Of a stretch of 32,000 bases of DNA, positions 1 to 10,423 are shown piece by piece; within the stretch, counting starts at the first letter, position 1, and the number at the start of each line of letters is the position of its first letter. A model generated the notes under the pieces. The model did not search any database. It was not told the DNA's origin and saw nothing but the letters and a program-made list of their open reading frames with translations. Origin of the DNA: Gemmata obscuriglobus (lineage in GTDB: Bacteria; Planctomycetota; Planctomycetia; Gemmatales; Gemmataceae); NCBI RefSeq assembly GCF_008065095.1, contig NZ_CP042911.1, positions 7,950,001-7,982,000 of the forward strand. The letters run 5' to 3'. A program made the position numbers and the translations under genes.

Positions 1-484
1 CCGAGTACCAGGTGTCGAACAGTACCACCCGGGGCGACAGGTCCCGTCCCTTGGCGACCGCCAGCATGGCTCGGAAGTGGTCGTTCTTGGTCTCGGCTCG
101 GGCCGGGTCGGCGAGCCGGTAATCACACGGTACCAGGGCGGCCCCGTCGGTCCACAGCAGGGTCACCAGCCCGATCCCGCTCACCACCCGGCGGTGCCGC
201 CCGGACCAGCACCGGCGCACCAGCCCCATGTGCCGGGCGAACGGCTTGTCCAGCACCGAGTCGTCGAGCACCACGGCACCGCCCGGGCGGACCGACGACC
301 GGGCTTCGTCCCACAACGCCGCTGGGTCCGGTTCCAGCCGGTGCAGCAGTCGGGTGAACGCATCATGCGCGGGCGCCGTCGGATGGTCCGGTTGGGCTCG
401 CGCGGCTTCCGCGGCCGACGCCACCTTGGGGGTGGCGATCAGGAATTGGATGTAGTCCTCGGCGCTCGCACGTGGTGCGTTCAT
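1..484 (-). CDS. DDE transposase, IS4/IS701-like, N-terminal 161 codons (gene continues beyond the left edge)
   Basis: My own translation of the minus strand from ATG 484..482 reads MNAPRASAEDYIQFLIATPKVASAAEAARAQPDHPTAPAHDAFTRLLHRLEPDPAALWDEARSSVRPGGAVVLDDSVLDKPFARHMGLVRRCWSGRHRRVVSGIGLVTLLWTDGAALVPCDYRLADPARAETKNDHFRAMLAVAKGRDLSPRVVLFDTWYS. It is open to position 1 and is absent from the ORF track because there is no stop in the window. The LDDSVLDK...WSG...G(I/L)xLVTLLW and FDTWY blocks look like the first two catalytic-Asp regions of IS4/IS701-type DDE transposases. Confidence 0.75.
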   Translation of the reverse strand, partial: MNAPRASAEDYIQFLIATPKVASAAEAARAQPDHPTAPAHDAFTRLLHRLEPDPAALWDEARSSVRPGGAVVLDDSVLDKPFARHMGLVRRCWSGRHRRVVSGIGLVTLLWTDGAALVPCDYRLADPARAETKNDHFRAMLAVAKGRDLSPRVVLFDTWYS

Positions 485-556
485 GGCCCGATCATAGACC
501 AACAACACACCATGCGCAAATCCTGCGCCAGCGCAACTGCGTAAGTCCTAGAGAAA
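1..556 (-). mobile_element. Insertion sequence, one end only (terminus approximate)
   Basis: The transposase starts at 484. About 70 nt of lower-GC non-coding sequence (485-556, ending GTAAGTCCTAGAGAAATAACC) precedes the point where WD40-type coding sequence resumes. The exact terminus is not mapped because the other end lies outside the window. Confidence 0.5.
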
Positions 557-1953
557 TAACCGACCTCCGGTTCGACCGCGCGGGCCGGTTGACCGCGCTG
601 GCCGACGGTGCGCTGGTCACGTGGGACGCGGCAACCGGCCGGGTCGCGAGCCGGTCCGGTCCGTTCCCCATCGGCAAGCCGGTCTGGTCCTCGCGGTGGG
701 CCGTATCTGCCGACTGCGGGCGTGTGTTCCGAACCGATTCGTCTCACCGGTTCGCGGACGTGAGCGATACGGGCACGGGTAAAATCGTGTGGGCGGAAGA
801 GGGGTTTCATCTCGGTTTCGTTCACGCCGAGTTCGATCAGACCGGGCGGCGGGTGTTCGCGGCTCATTCCGGGCGGGTGATCGCGTTCGACGGGCAGTCC
901 GGGAAGACGCTCTGGACGGCCACGGCCGGCACCGGGCGCGGGGCGGTCGGGACGGCACTGGCGGTCAACCCCGACGGCCGGTCCGTCGCGCTGGCCGGCG
1001 GTTGGGCGGCGACCCGTCGAGCGGGTACTATGGGCCTGTTCGACGCGGCCACCGGGAAGCCACTGTGGGCCGGGGAGAGCGACGGCTTTGAAGCCGTTGC
1101 GCTGACGTTCGCACCGGACGGCCGAACGCTGTACGCCGTGGAAGCGGGCGAGAACTACACGGTCGCCCGGGTCCGCGCGTACAGCACCGGTACGGGAAAG
1201 GTCGTGACCACCTTCAACGTGCCCACGCCGCTACCGCGAGTGGCCATCGTCAGTCCGGACGGCCGGACCCTGGCCGTTGCCTCCGGGCGCCACGTCCACC
1301 TGCTGGAACCGCTCACGGGGCGGCTGCGGCACACGTTCATCGGCCACGAGGGGCGGGTGAGTGCCCTTCGGTTCCGCCCCGATGGTCGGGTACTCGCTGC
1401 CGCCAGCCCGGACGCGCCGGTGTTGCTGTGGGACGTGTACGGCACGTCCGCCGATCGCAGGCCGCTTCCCGCCCCGGATGCCCTGGGGAAGGGGTGGGAC
1501 GATTTGGCCGGCGCAGACGCGCAGGTGGCGTTCCGCGCGGTCCGGCTGCTCGCTGCCGGTTCGGATGCGATTCCCGTTCTGCGCGAGCGGATGAAGGCCG
1601 TCCGCCCGCCGGATCTGAAAACGGTGAATCAGTGGGTTGCGGACCTCAGTTCGGCCGACTTCGCGACGCGGGAGCGGGCCTCGGCCGCGCTGGCGAAGGT
1701 CGCCCGGTTGGTGGAGCCCGAACTCCGGAAGGCGCGAGAGGCGTCCGAATGGCCCGAAGTGCGGCAGCGGCTCGACGCGGTGCTGGCGCACGCCAAACCG
1801 GCGGGAGAGGAACTCCGCGTCGTCCGGGCGGTGGAAGTGGTCGAGGCGATCGGCACCCCGGCCGCAGCGAAGTTACTTGGTGAGTGGGCGGAAGCGGGTG
1901 GCCTCTTGGCCCAGGAAGCGAAGGCCGCGGGAAAGCGGCTCAGTGGGAAGTGA
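472..1953 (+). CDS. WD40/beta-propeller repeat protein with HEAT-like C-terminal tail, probably 5'-truncated by the IS
   Basis: ORF-track 493 aa with a GTG start. Blade-like repeats are present (SPDGRTLAVASGRHVHLLEPLTGR; RFRPDGRVLAAASPDAPVLLWDV). The C-terminal ~150 aa is helical (ADLSSADFATRERASAALAKVARLVEPELRKA...). The first ~28 codons lie in the IS end, and there is no signal peptide or N-terminal domain. Confidence 0.7.
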   Translation: MVRSWPDHRPTTHHAQILRQRNCVSPREITDLRFDRAGRLTALADGALVTWDAATGRVASRSGPFPIGKPVWSSRWAVSADCGRVFRTDSSHRFADVSDTGTGKIVWAEEGFHLGFVHAEFDQTGRRVFAAHSGRVIAFDGQSGKTLWTATAGTGRGAVGTALAVNPDGRSVALAGGWAATRRAGTMGLFDAATGKPLWAGESDGFEAVALTFAPDGRTLYAVEAGENYTVARVRAYSTGTGKVVTTFNVPTPLPRVAIVSPDGRTLAVASGRHVHLLEPLTGRLRHTFIGHEGRVSALRFRPDGRVLAAASPDAPVLLWDVYGTSADRRPLPAPDALGKGWDDLAGADAQVAFRAVRLLAAGSDAIPVLRERMKAVRPPDLKTVNQWVADLSSADFATRERASAALAKVARLVEPELRKAREASEWPEVRQRLDAVLAHAKPAGEELRVVRAVEVVEAIGTPAAAKLLGEWAEAGGLLAQEAKAAGKRLSGK

Positions 1954-2156
1954 ATCCGATCCACGATCCGGTTGATTGATCTTGTGTCATTGCATTTTAG
2001 TCGTCTCCATCTGCGCGGCTCCTGGAGGGTGAACGGACTGCAACGCCCGGGGCCACAACGACACAAACCTGGAACGGACCGTGAACAAGTACCGCTAGCC
2101 GGCTCCGCCGAGTACCCGCTCGTGGGTGGGGCGCTGATCAAGTAGATCAATCACCG

Positions 2157-2185
2157 GTTCCAAAAGCGCCGAGGCGCTTTGGAAC
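2157..2185. other. Stem-loop GTTCCAAAAGCGCC-GA-GGCGCTTTGGAAC (13 bp with a one-nt bulge)
   Basis: Read directly from the sequence. It sits in the 360 nt gap between the WD40 gene and the IS4 remnant. No U-run follows it. Confidence 0.3.
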
Positions 2186-2315
2186 GAAGACGATACCGAA
2201 AGCGTGCTGGTGGTGCGGCCACCTGATCACGACCCCGGCCCTGCCCCCCGACGGGTGCGATCGCCCTACCGTATCTTCTGCACTTTATCGCGGCAAAGCG
2301 ATATCTACTCTCGCG

Positions 2316-3332
2316 CATCCCTTTCAACACGGGTGAGTGATCCGTAATAGCCTATGGGGATAGATGTTGCGTGAGCATTATTGAGGTGCAGGGGCGTTAC
2401 TGGGCGCGGTCGTTGAGCGTTTCGTGGAGCGAAGCCCGATGGCGGTCGCGGTCCGTGGTGCGTCCGAGTGCGCCCTCAATCCGACCTCGACGCCCTGTTC
2501 GTTCGCATCGCCGGGGTCGGGACGACCGCGAGTTGCTGTTCCCCACGTGCGTCGAGCTGATGGCCAACGTCGTGTGCCGGGTGAAGCCCTCGGTCCACGC
2601 CGCGTATCCGGCCGACGGCCACGCGTGTCGGTGTCCGTATCGGCCGTGTGCGCCCGCCTGGCCCGTGTCCCGACGGCCGCGGGACGGGAACGGGTGCGGC
2701 ACACCGCCGACCGCCTCGGGCCGGTCATCCGGGCGATGGGCGGGTCGGCCCCGGACCCGCTGGCCGGTTACCGGGTAAAGGTGCTCGACGGGAACCACGT
2801 GTGCAAGACCCACAGGCGGCTCAAGCCGCTGCGGGACGTGGTCGCCGGGCCAGGCCCTGGTGGCTCTCGACCCGGCCCTCGGGTTGGCGATCGACGTGGT
2901 CTGTTGCGAGGACGGGCACGCCCAGGAGCGGTCCCGGCCCGCCCCGATCCTGGCGACGGTGGCCGAGAACGACGTGTGGGTCGCGGACCGGAACTTCTGC
3001 ACACCGGGTTCCTGTTCGGGATCGCCCTACGGAACGGTTCGTTCGTCATCCGCCGGCACGCCGCGACCCGGAGTTGGAAGTGTCGGGTGCGTGCCCGGGA
3101 CCGTGGATCGCCGTTCCGGTCGAAACATGGGCGGGTCTGGGAGCGTGGTCGGTCGGGCCGATGGCCGAATGGCTCAAGGAGCCGGCCCGGGGTGCGAACC
3201 TGGGGCGGTATCGGAAGGCCACCCGCGGGCCGAAAAAACCGAAGCCGCCCCGCACCCGATTCCCCGAGGCCAAACACGTCGCGACATCGCGGCTGCTCGG
3301 CACTGAACAGACGCGATGTATTGAGAGGGATG
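2316..3332 (+). mobile_element. Decayed, internally deleted IS4-family insertion sequence bounded by imperfect terminal inverted repeats
   Basis: IRL is CATCCCTTTCAACAC (2316-2330). The reverse complement of 3318-3332 is CATCCCTCTCAATAC, giving 13/15 identical. These repeats enclose the frameshifted transposase remnants. No target-site duplication was recognised. Confidence 0.6.
2371..3305 (+). pseudogene. IS4-family DDE transposase pseudogene (multiple frameshifts, shortened)
   Basis: Transposase-like segments change frame repeatedly. Frame 1: RELLFPTCVELMANVVCRVKPSVHAAY (~2527-2605). Frame 3: VSVSAVCARLARV...AGYRVKVLDGNHVCKTHRRLKPLRDVVAGPGPG (~2625-2860). Frame 1: ALDPALGLAIDVVCCEDGHAQERSRPAPILATVAENDVWVADRNFCTPG (2860-3009). 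Frame 3: GFLFGIALRNGSFVIRRHAA (~3003-3063). Frame 2: GANLGRYRKATRGPKKPKPPRTRFPEAKHVATSRLL (~3191-3299). VLDGN, DGHAQE and WVADRNFC are IS4-type blocks. At least four frameshifts and a total length under 1 kb indicate decay. Confidence 0.7.
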
Positions 3333-3460
3333 GTACGACCAACCCACGCGGAACAGTTTCACGAACCACCACACCCTGAGTACGGAACGTCACGCCCTCG
3401 TGGCGGGTCGGCGGGAACCGGTGCTCCAGAGCACGCCGCTCACCCAATACGGGGGCTCGA

Positions 3461-3883
3461 TCACCCGCACGCCGTAGTGGGCACCGTGCGGGCCGCGAGG
3501 TGCCCACCGACCCAGTCGAGCAGCCGAATCAGGTCGGCCGGCGCGACCGGCTTCACGAGGTGCAGGTCGATGCCGGCGTCGGCCGAGCGCCACCGGTCCT
3601 CCTCGGACCCGCACCCAGTGACCGCGACCACCAGCGGTTGCCGACCGCCGGCACGCTCGCGCAACCGGCTCGCCACCTCCCACCCACTCGGGCCGGGCAG
3701 TTGGATGTCGAGCAGGACCACGTCCGGAATCTCGACTGCGGCGTCACGGAGCGCGTCCGGACCGCACGTGGCGACCCGGACGGCGTGGCCGCACATGGTA
3801 AGGAGTTCGGCCGTTGACTGAGCGCAATCGTGCTGGTCTTCAACGACCAGCACAGAGAGGGGAAGGCGCGGCGTCAAGTTCAT
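3461..3883 (-). CDS. Single-domain response regulator (CheY-like receiver, no output domain)
   Basis: The sequence reads MNLTPRLPLSVLVVEDQHD...PDVVLLDIQLPGPSGWEVA...LVVAVTGCGSEED...GIDLHLVKPV. It has the acidic pair, the phospho-acceptor Asp context, and the T and K positions of REC domains. ATG 3883 was chosen; the ORF-track GTG at 3964 is an alternative. Confidence 0.85.
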   Translation of the reverse strand: MNLTPRLPLSVLVVEDQHDCAQSTAELLTMCGHAVRVATCGPDALRDAAVEIPDVVLLDIQLPGPSGWEVASRLRERAGGRQPLVVAVTGCGSEEDRWRSADAGIDLHLVKPVAPADLIRLLDWVGGHLAARTVPTTACG

Positions 3884-4218
3884 CGAATCGGTCCGATCGG
3901 GCGGGTTCGGCGCCCGGACGGCATTCGCCGCCCAATACGCTCGAGAAGGGCGCGGGTTGCGCACAGGGGGTCGACGTACACGGTGTCCGTGCTACGCAGC
4001 CAGCGTCACAGCCAACCGCCGTCGATACCGTTGGTACGCGGAACATTTTACGCAGTCACCCAACAATCGAAACCCTGATCTTGCAGACGCCGGCTCATAA
4101 ATGGGTTTTCTCCTGACGAGCCGCGTCGGTGAACCGCCTCCGAACCGTGAAAATCGGCAACGTACATCGGCGCGCGAAAACCGTTCGCTTAGGGTTTGTG
4201 CGTAACAGGAGGTCCAAA

Positions 4219-4821
4219 ATGCCCAATCCCCTCAAATGGCCGAGCGAAGACGAGGGCCGCCGACTTCACGCGACCCTGCCCGGCACCGATCCGGCTGCCA
4301 CATCCACTTTCGCTGACGCATTTTACGATCCGTTGTGCGCATACCTGACCCGCACCTACCGCCACGTCCCCGAGGATCTGCTTGTGAGCGTTGCGGGCGA
4401 TCTGATCTTGAAACTGATTCAACACCCGGAACAGTATGACCCGAAACAACTTCCGGTGTGCGCGTACCTGCGGATGGCCGCGCGACGCAAGTTGACCACC
4501 GCCTGTGAGCGCGAAACCCGGCGCCGGCGGCGCGAAGTTTCGCTCGATTTTGTCGCGGATCCGCCTGCTGCCGGGAACAGGTTCCCGGGGACCGGTGACG
4601 GGCCGAATTGGGCGCACCCGGCGCTCGCGGCGGAACTCGCCACCCTCTCCCCTGCGGAACAGACCACGTTCGGGCTCCTGCGCGACGGCGTCCGCGACAC
4701 CGGCGCGTTCGCCCGGGCGCTCGGGTTGAACACGGACCGCCCGGACGTCGCGATCGTTGTCAAACGGATCAAAGACACCCTCAAGGCGCGACTGCGGCGC
4801 GCCGTCGGAGGTCGGCCATGA
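4219..4821 (+). CDS. Sigma-70/ECF-like RNA polymerase sigma factor-like protein
   Basis: AGGAGG (4208-4213) lies 5 nt before ATG 4219. A region-2-like segment is present (FADAFYDPLCAYLTRTYRHVPEDLLVSVAGDLILKLIQHPEQYDPKQLPVCAYLRMAARRKL). A region-4-like HTH is also present (LSPAEQTTFGLLRDGVRDTGAFARALGL...VKRIKDTLKARLRR). The stop overlaps the next start as ATGA at 4818-4821. Confidence 0.6.
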   Translation: MPNPLKWPSEDEGRRLHATLPGTDPAATSTFADAFYDPLCAYLTRTYRHVPEDLLVSVAGDLILKLIQHPEQYDPKQLPVCAYLRMAARRKLTTACERETRRRRREVSLDFVADPPAAGNRFPGTGDGPNWAHPALAAELATLSPAEQTTFGLLRDGVRDTGAFARALGLNTDRPDVAIVVKRIKDTLKARLRRAVGGRP

Positions 4822-5174
4822 CCACGTTCCCACTCGACCGGCTCGCGGAGCGAGCGTCCACGGAACCGTTCTTCCTTGGATCTCGGCTGAAGGCGTTCGC
4901 GGCGCGTGAGCGCCTCGACGACCCCGCCCTGGCCGCGCGACTCGGTTGCGCCGTTCCGGTACTCGCGCAGGTGCGCCTGTGCCGGGCGCCGCGACTCGAC
5001 TCAAGCGCCGCGTACCGCGAAGATGTCACCGCGATCGCCACCAAGTTCGGTCTGAACACGGTCGCACTCGCCGAGGCCGCCAAGGCGGTCCCGGTTGAAG
5101 CACTGGCGCGCCCCGGTGCGACCGAACCCGCGGGCGCGGTTCTGGCGGCGCGCGACCGGGGCACAACGTCATGA
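4818..5174 (+). CDS. Small XRE-like helix-turn-helix protein (putative repressor partner of the peptidase)
   Basis: The ATG at 4818 overlaps the upstream stop. FLGSRLKAFAARERLDDPALAARLGCAVPVLAQVRLCRAP fits the XRE HTH pattern (LG..L...R....L....LA..LG.....L). Its stop overlaps the next ATG at 5171-5174. Confidence 0.55.
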   Translation: MTTFPLDRLAERASTEPFFLGSRLKAFAARERLDDPALAARLGCAVPVLAQVRLCRAPRLDSSAAYREDVTAIATKFGLNTVALAEAAKAVPVEALARPGATEPAGAVLAARDRGTTS

Positions 5175-5854
5175 CCGTTCGGCCGCCGGTCCGGGTGTCC
5201 AATCTCGCAGCCCGGTTCTGGGCCGAAGTCGGCCCGCCGCCGCCGTTCCCGCGCAACCTGCGCGATGTCGCGTGCTGGCTCACCGATCTGACCGTTCAAG
5301 AAGTACCGCGCCTCACTCTGTCGCGCGCCGCGGAGCACTTCCGGCGCGAAGGTGTCCCCTGCGCCGAACCGACGCACGACCGACCGCTGTGCGGGTGCTT
5401 CGGCGCGCGTACACGCGCTATCATCCTCATCGATCCCGATGACGAACCCGACCAACTCCGGTTCACGTTCGCGCATGAATTAGCTCACTTCCTTCGCGAC
5501 TGGTGCGAACCGCGCCGTGCGGCGGTGCGCCGGTTCGGCCCCGCCATCCTCGAAGTTCTGGACGGCGCCCGCGAGGCGACGTATGCCGAGCGGTTCGCGG
5601 GCGCGCTCCGCGGTGCCCCCGTTGGCCCCCTCACGCACTTCCTTGAGCGCGACCGGTGGGGCCGGGTGACCGGCGACGACGCGCACGAGGCGGAAGAGGC
5701 CGCCGACCGGCTGGCGTTCGAGTTGCTCGCCCCGTTTGAGACCGTGGCCCCCTCCGCGTCCGACACGCACCGATCGCTCGCCGCACGGCTCGCCGATACC
5801 TGCGGGCTGCCGCCCGAGCCGGCCCGAACATACGCCGCGGCGCTGCTCCGCTAA
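5171..5854 (+). CDS. ImmA/IrrE-family (DUF955/M78-like) zinc metallopeptidase
   Basis: The HEXXH motif occurs in FTFAHELAHFLRD, in a 227 aa protein directly downstream of and translationally coupled to an HTH gene. This is the canonical ImmR/ImmA arrangement. Confidence 0.8.
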   Translation: MTVRPPVRVSNLAARFWAEVGPPPPFPRNLRDVACWLTDLTVQEVPRLTLSRAAEHFRREGVPCAEPTHDRPLCGCFGARTRAIILIDPDDEPDQLRFTFAHELAHFLRDWCEPRRAAVRRFGPAILEVLDGAREATYAERFAGALRGAPVGPLTHFLERDRWGRVTGDDAHEAEEAADRLAFELLAPFETVAPSASDTHRSLAARLADTCGLPPEPARTYAAALLR

Positions 5855-5940
5855 CCACTTCTCACAAAAGACCACTACACGCCTCCCGAAAAATCATCAA
5901 AATCGTGTCGATGTCAGCCTCCCGACGCGGAACGGCTTAA

Positions 5941-7200
<1,260 letters not shown>

Positions 7201-7347
7201 GAACAACAAAACGGGTCTCACCGCGGAGAGCATGAGAGGGCGCCGCGCGCGGAAAATTGGCCAGACGATCTTCATCGTTCGGTTTCCCCTCTCTGCGCCC
7301 GTTCGTACCCTCTGCGGCGAAACCTCTTTCTTCTCGGAGGCGTTCCA

Positions 7348-9231
7348 ATGCCCGGATCGAACGGCGTGCTGACCGAGCCGCAACAGCAACTCGCGAACGA
7401 GATCGCCCGCGCGGGCGGGCCGAAGTTCGCCCACCCCGACGACGCCGGGTCGGTCGGCGTCACCATGTTCGACCTGCCCGGCAGCGACGACCTCACCGTC
7501 ACGGTGCTGCTCGGGCGCGACCACCTTCAGCTCGCGCCGTCGCAGTCGCTGGTGCGGATCAAGAGCCGCAAGGACGAGCGCAACTACCTCGGGGTGGTCA
7601 CCGCCGGCCCGTTCGCCGAGCCGGACGGGCTCCGCGCCGACTCCGACATCCTCAAGGCCGTCGCCACCCACCGCGGCGACTACCTGCCGCCGTTCCACGG
7701 CCGCGTTCAGGTGACCATCCTCGGCGAAGAACTCAAGGGCGGCGAACTGGCCCCGCCGCGCCTGCGCCCGCTCCCCAACAGCCCGGTGTTCGTGCTCGAC
7801 GACGCGGACGCCGCCCGCGTGCTGAAGTGCGGCGGGAACGTGCGGCTCGGGCTGGCGGTGGGGCACCAGACCGTCGAGGTCGGGGCGCCGTCGCACGCCA
7901 AGGCCGTGTTCCCCCGCCACACCGCGGTGCTCGGCACCACCGGCGGCGGGAAGTCCACCACCGTCGCGGGCCTCATCGCCCGGGCGCGGGCGGCCGGGAT
8001 GGCGGTCGTCGTGCTCGACGTGGAAGGCGAGTACACCGCGCTGCACCAGCCCACCGACCACAAGACGATGTGCGACGGGCTCCGCGCCCGGGGGCTGGCA
8101 CCCGCGGGCGTGCCCGAGCAGGACATGACGGTCTACCACCTGGTGGGCCGCGGGACGGCGAACCCGGACTTCCCGAACTGCAAGCCGTTCTCGCTCCAGT
8201 TCGCCCGGCTCTCGCCCTACGCCGTGATGGAGATCCTCGACCTCTCCGACGCCCAGCAGGAGCGGTTCCTGAAGGTGTACGACATCGCCAAGCCGCTCCT
8301 CCGCGACCTCGACATCTTCCCGCAAAGGGGGCACCCCGAGCAGGAGCAGATGGCGCTCGACCTCGACGAGTTCGAGCGCGGCTACCCGCGGGTCACCGTC
8401 CCGCTGCTCATCGACATCACCCGCGCGTGCGCGCTGCGGGCCGAGCCCAAGGGCGACAAGAAGCGCGGGAAGAAGGGCGACGACGACGCCGACGACGCCC
8501 CGACCTTCGACCCGTGGTGCCGCGAGCTGAAGCAGTCCGGCGCGGTCGACCACCTGAACAAGCGGGTCCACGCGGCGAACCCGCCGGGCAACACGGTGTC
8601 GTGGCACGCGGTCCACGGCCGGCTGTCGCGGCTGAACCGGCTCAAGGTGTTCTTCGACGAGACCCGCGACGGCACCCAGCCGCTGAAGTACGCGAACCTG
8701 CTGAAGCCCGGCGCGCTGTCCGTGATCGACCTGTCGGACACCGGGTTCTCGGAGCTGAACAACCTCGTCATCGCGGACATCCTGCGGGGCATCCAGGACG
8801 CGCAAGACCTCGCGTGCGAAAAGGCCGAGCAGCAGAAGTCGGCGCCGACGCCGGTGCTGATCGTGATCGAGGAGGCGCACGAGTTCCTGAGCGAGGAGCG
8901 GATCAACAAGACCCCGGTGCTGTTCGAGCAGGTGGCGAAGATCGCGAAGCGGGGCCGCAAGCGGTGGCTCGGGCTGTGCTTCGTCACGCAGCTCCCCGCG
9001 CACCTCCCGAAGCAGGTGCTGGGGCTGTGCAACTCGTTCATCCTCCACAAGCTGCAAGACCCGCAGGTGGTGACGCTGCTGAAGCGCACCGTCGGCGGCG
9101 TGGACGAAGGACTCTGGGACCGGCTCCCGAACCTCGCCCCGGGTCAGGCGGTGGTCAGCTTTCCGCACTTCGCCCGACCGCTGTTGGTCAGCATCGACCC
9201 GAGCCAAGCGAAGCTGCGTCTGGCGGAATGA
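7348..9231 (+). CDS. herA: HerA-type hexameric ATPase/translocase (HAS-barrel + FtsK/HerA P-loop, DUF87-like)
   Basis: GGAGG lies 8 nt before ATG 7348. An N-terminal barrel-like region is present (LVRIKSRKDERNYLGVVTAG...PLPNSPVFVLDD). Walker A is RHTAVLGTTGGGKSTT and Walker B is PVLIVIEEAHEFL. The C-terminal LCFVTQLPAHLPKQVLGLCNSFILHKLQDPQ is typical of HerA/DUF87. Confidence 0.9.
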   Translation: MPGSNGVLTEPQQQLANEIARAGGPKFAHPDDAGSVGVTMFDLPGSDDLTVTVLLGRDHLQLAPSQSLVRIKSRKDERNYLGVVTAGPFAEPDGLRADSDILKAVATHRGDYLPPFHGRVQVTILGEELKGGELAPPRLRPLPNSPVFVLDDADAARVLKCGGNVRLGLAVGHQTVEVGAPSHAKAVFPRHTAVLGTTGGGKSTTVAGLIARARAAGMAVVVLDVEGEYTALHQPTDHKTMCDGLRARGLAPAGVPEQDMTVYHLVGRGTANPDFPNCKPFSLQFARLSPYAVMEILDLSDAQQERFLKVYDIAKPLLRDLDIFPQRGHPEQEQMALDLDEFERGYPRVTVPLLIDITRACALRAEPKGDKKRGKKGDDDADDAPTFDPWCRELKQSGAVDHLNKRVHAANPPGNTVSWHAVHGRLSRLNRLKVFFDETRDGTQPLKYANLLKPGALSVIDLSDTGFSELNNLVIADILRGIQDAQDLACEKAEQQKSAPTPVLIVIEEAHEFLSEERINKTPVLFEQVAKIAKRGRKRWLGLCFVTQLPAHLPKQVLGLCNSFILHKLQDPQVVTLLKRTVGGVDEGLWDRLPNLAPGQAVVSFPHFARPLLVSIDPSQAKLRLAE

Positions 9232-10423
9232 GAGGCTGGCCCCAACACGCCCTGTGATCGGCTTGGAAATCCCCACTCTCGCTCGTGGGCGCCGGCGACC
9301 GCATCGCCGGTGCATCGGGTATTGTTCCATCGCATTTCTCCCACGTCGCACTTCCAAAAGTCCGAACGGCAGCTCTTGGGGTGACCGACATCAAGTTTTT
9401 GCCCAGGACAATCGCACAGCACATCCGAACCAGAACCGCCGCAAGGGTCTATTCGGTATGACGTTGCATCGCGTTGCGCGGACGGCGCTGAAACTGTCCT
9501 CCGCTCGTCTCGGGCACTTCTGGCACGCTCCGAGCGTGGGATTCGGTGGTAGCGACCACCCAGCGAATCGGTAGCTCGTGACCAGTCCAACGGCAGCGAA
9601 TGTCCAGTCGGCGCCCCATCGGTTATCCGCATCCCCGGCACGTTCCCGCAACCCGCACTGGCTCAATCCGTTCGATTGCGCACGGCCACGGTCCAGCATT
9701 GCCCCGCGTGAGCCGGGACCGCCCAAACCGCTCGATGGCCCTCGGACGCGATCCGCGAGAAAGACCAACCGCGGGCGAAACAACTCGCCTATCTAACTGA
9801 TGGCACGGCACGCGAAGAGCCAGTCGCCGTGACGACAACGCTTTGGTGAGCGGCCACATTGCCGTGGTCTGTAGCCTTGTCGGCTGAGGTGTTGTCACGC
9901 CAAGCGAAGCAGGAGTGCTGCGGTACGAAGTGACCAAGAGTCAGGCCGGACGCTCCCGTTCCGGTTCGTCGGCATCCGCGCGGACTGCGTCGCTGAAGCG
10001 CGGGATCGGGTGGCAGTGGATCGCCTCCGCCCAGGCGAGACATTCAGCACCGAGAAGGGCACGTGCAAGGAGTGGCGCACCCGAGACGATGCAAAGACAT
10101 GCGCGCTGCTTAAATACGGAGGAGCAGAAGAGATTGTGCGATCTGCAAAGGCAGCCAGCGCGTGTTAGATGTCGTTGAGCGGGACACTGCCACCAGGAAC
10201 AGCTCTCACGGAGCATCTCCGCGCCAGATGCGATTTACGACAAATTCATCGTAAGTCTCCGGAAACTTATATCAACGCAACATGACCCGGCAGCACAAAG
10301 AATAGGCCGCGCCAATCGATCCGCCCTTCGCTCAACCGGGATACTGGTGGTACTCAAGGTGTTGGTGCATCACGACGGCGCGACGCACCGAATCGGTTTC
10401 ACCAACTTGGCTCCGACCGAGGA

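Noticed and set aside
2424-3821. 465 aa plus-strand ORF
   Set aside because: It is a composite. Its first part is one frame of the decayed IS4 transposase. Its last part is antisense to the receiver gene (3461-3883).
9291-9310. Hairpin GCCGGCGA-CCGCA-TCGCCGG as the herA terminator
   Set aside because: It has only a 7 bp stem, lies 60 nt after the stop, and has no clear U-run. It is not distinguishable from chance in GC-rich DNA.
9144-10216. Short overlapping ORFs in the low-GC stretch (9144-9641 minus, 9254-9574 plus, 9623-9937 minus, 9915-10178 plus, 9941-10216 minus)
   Set aside because: They are mutually overlapping, with Cys/Arg/Ser-rich unnatural translations. They have no ribosome-binding sites and no recognisable motifs.
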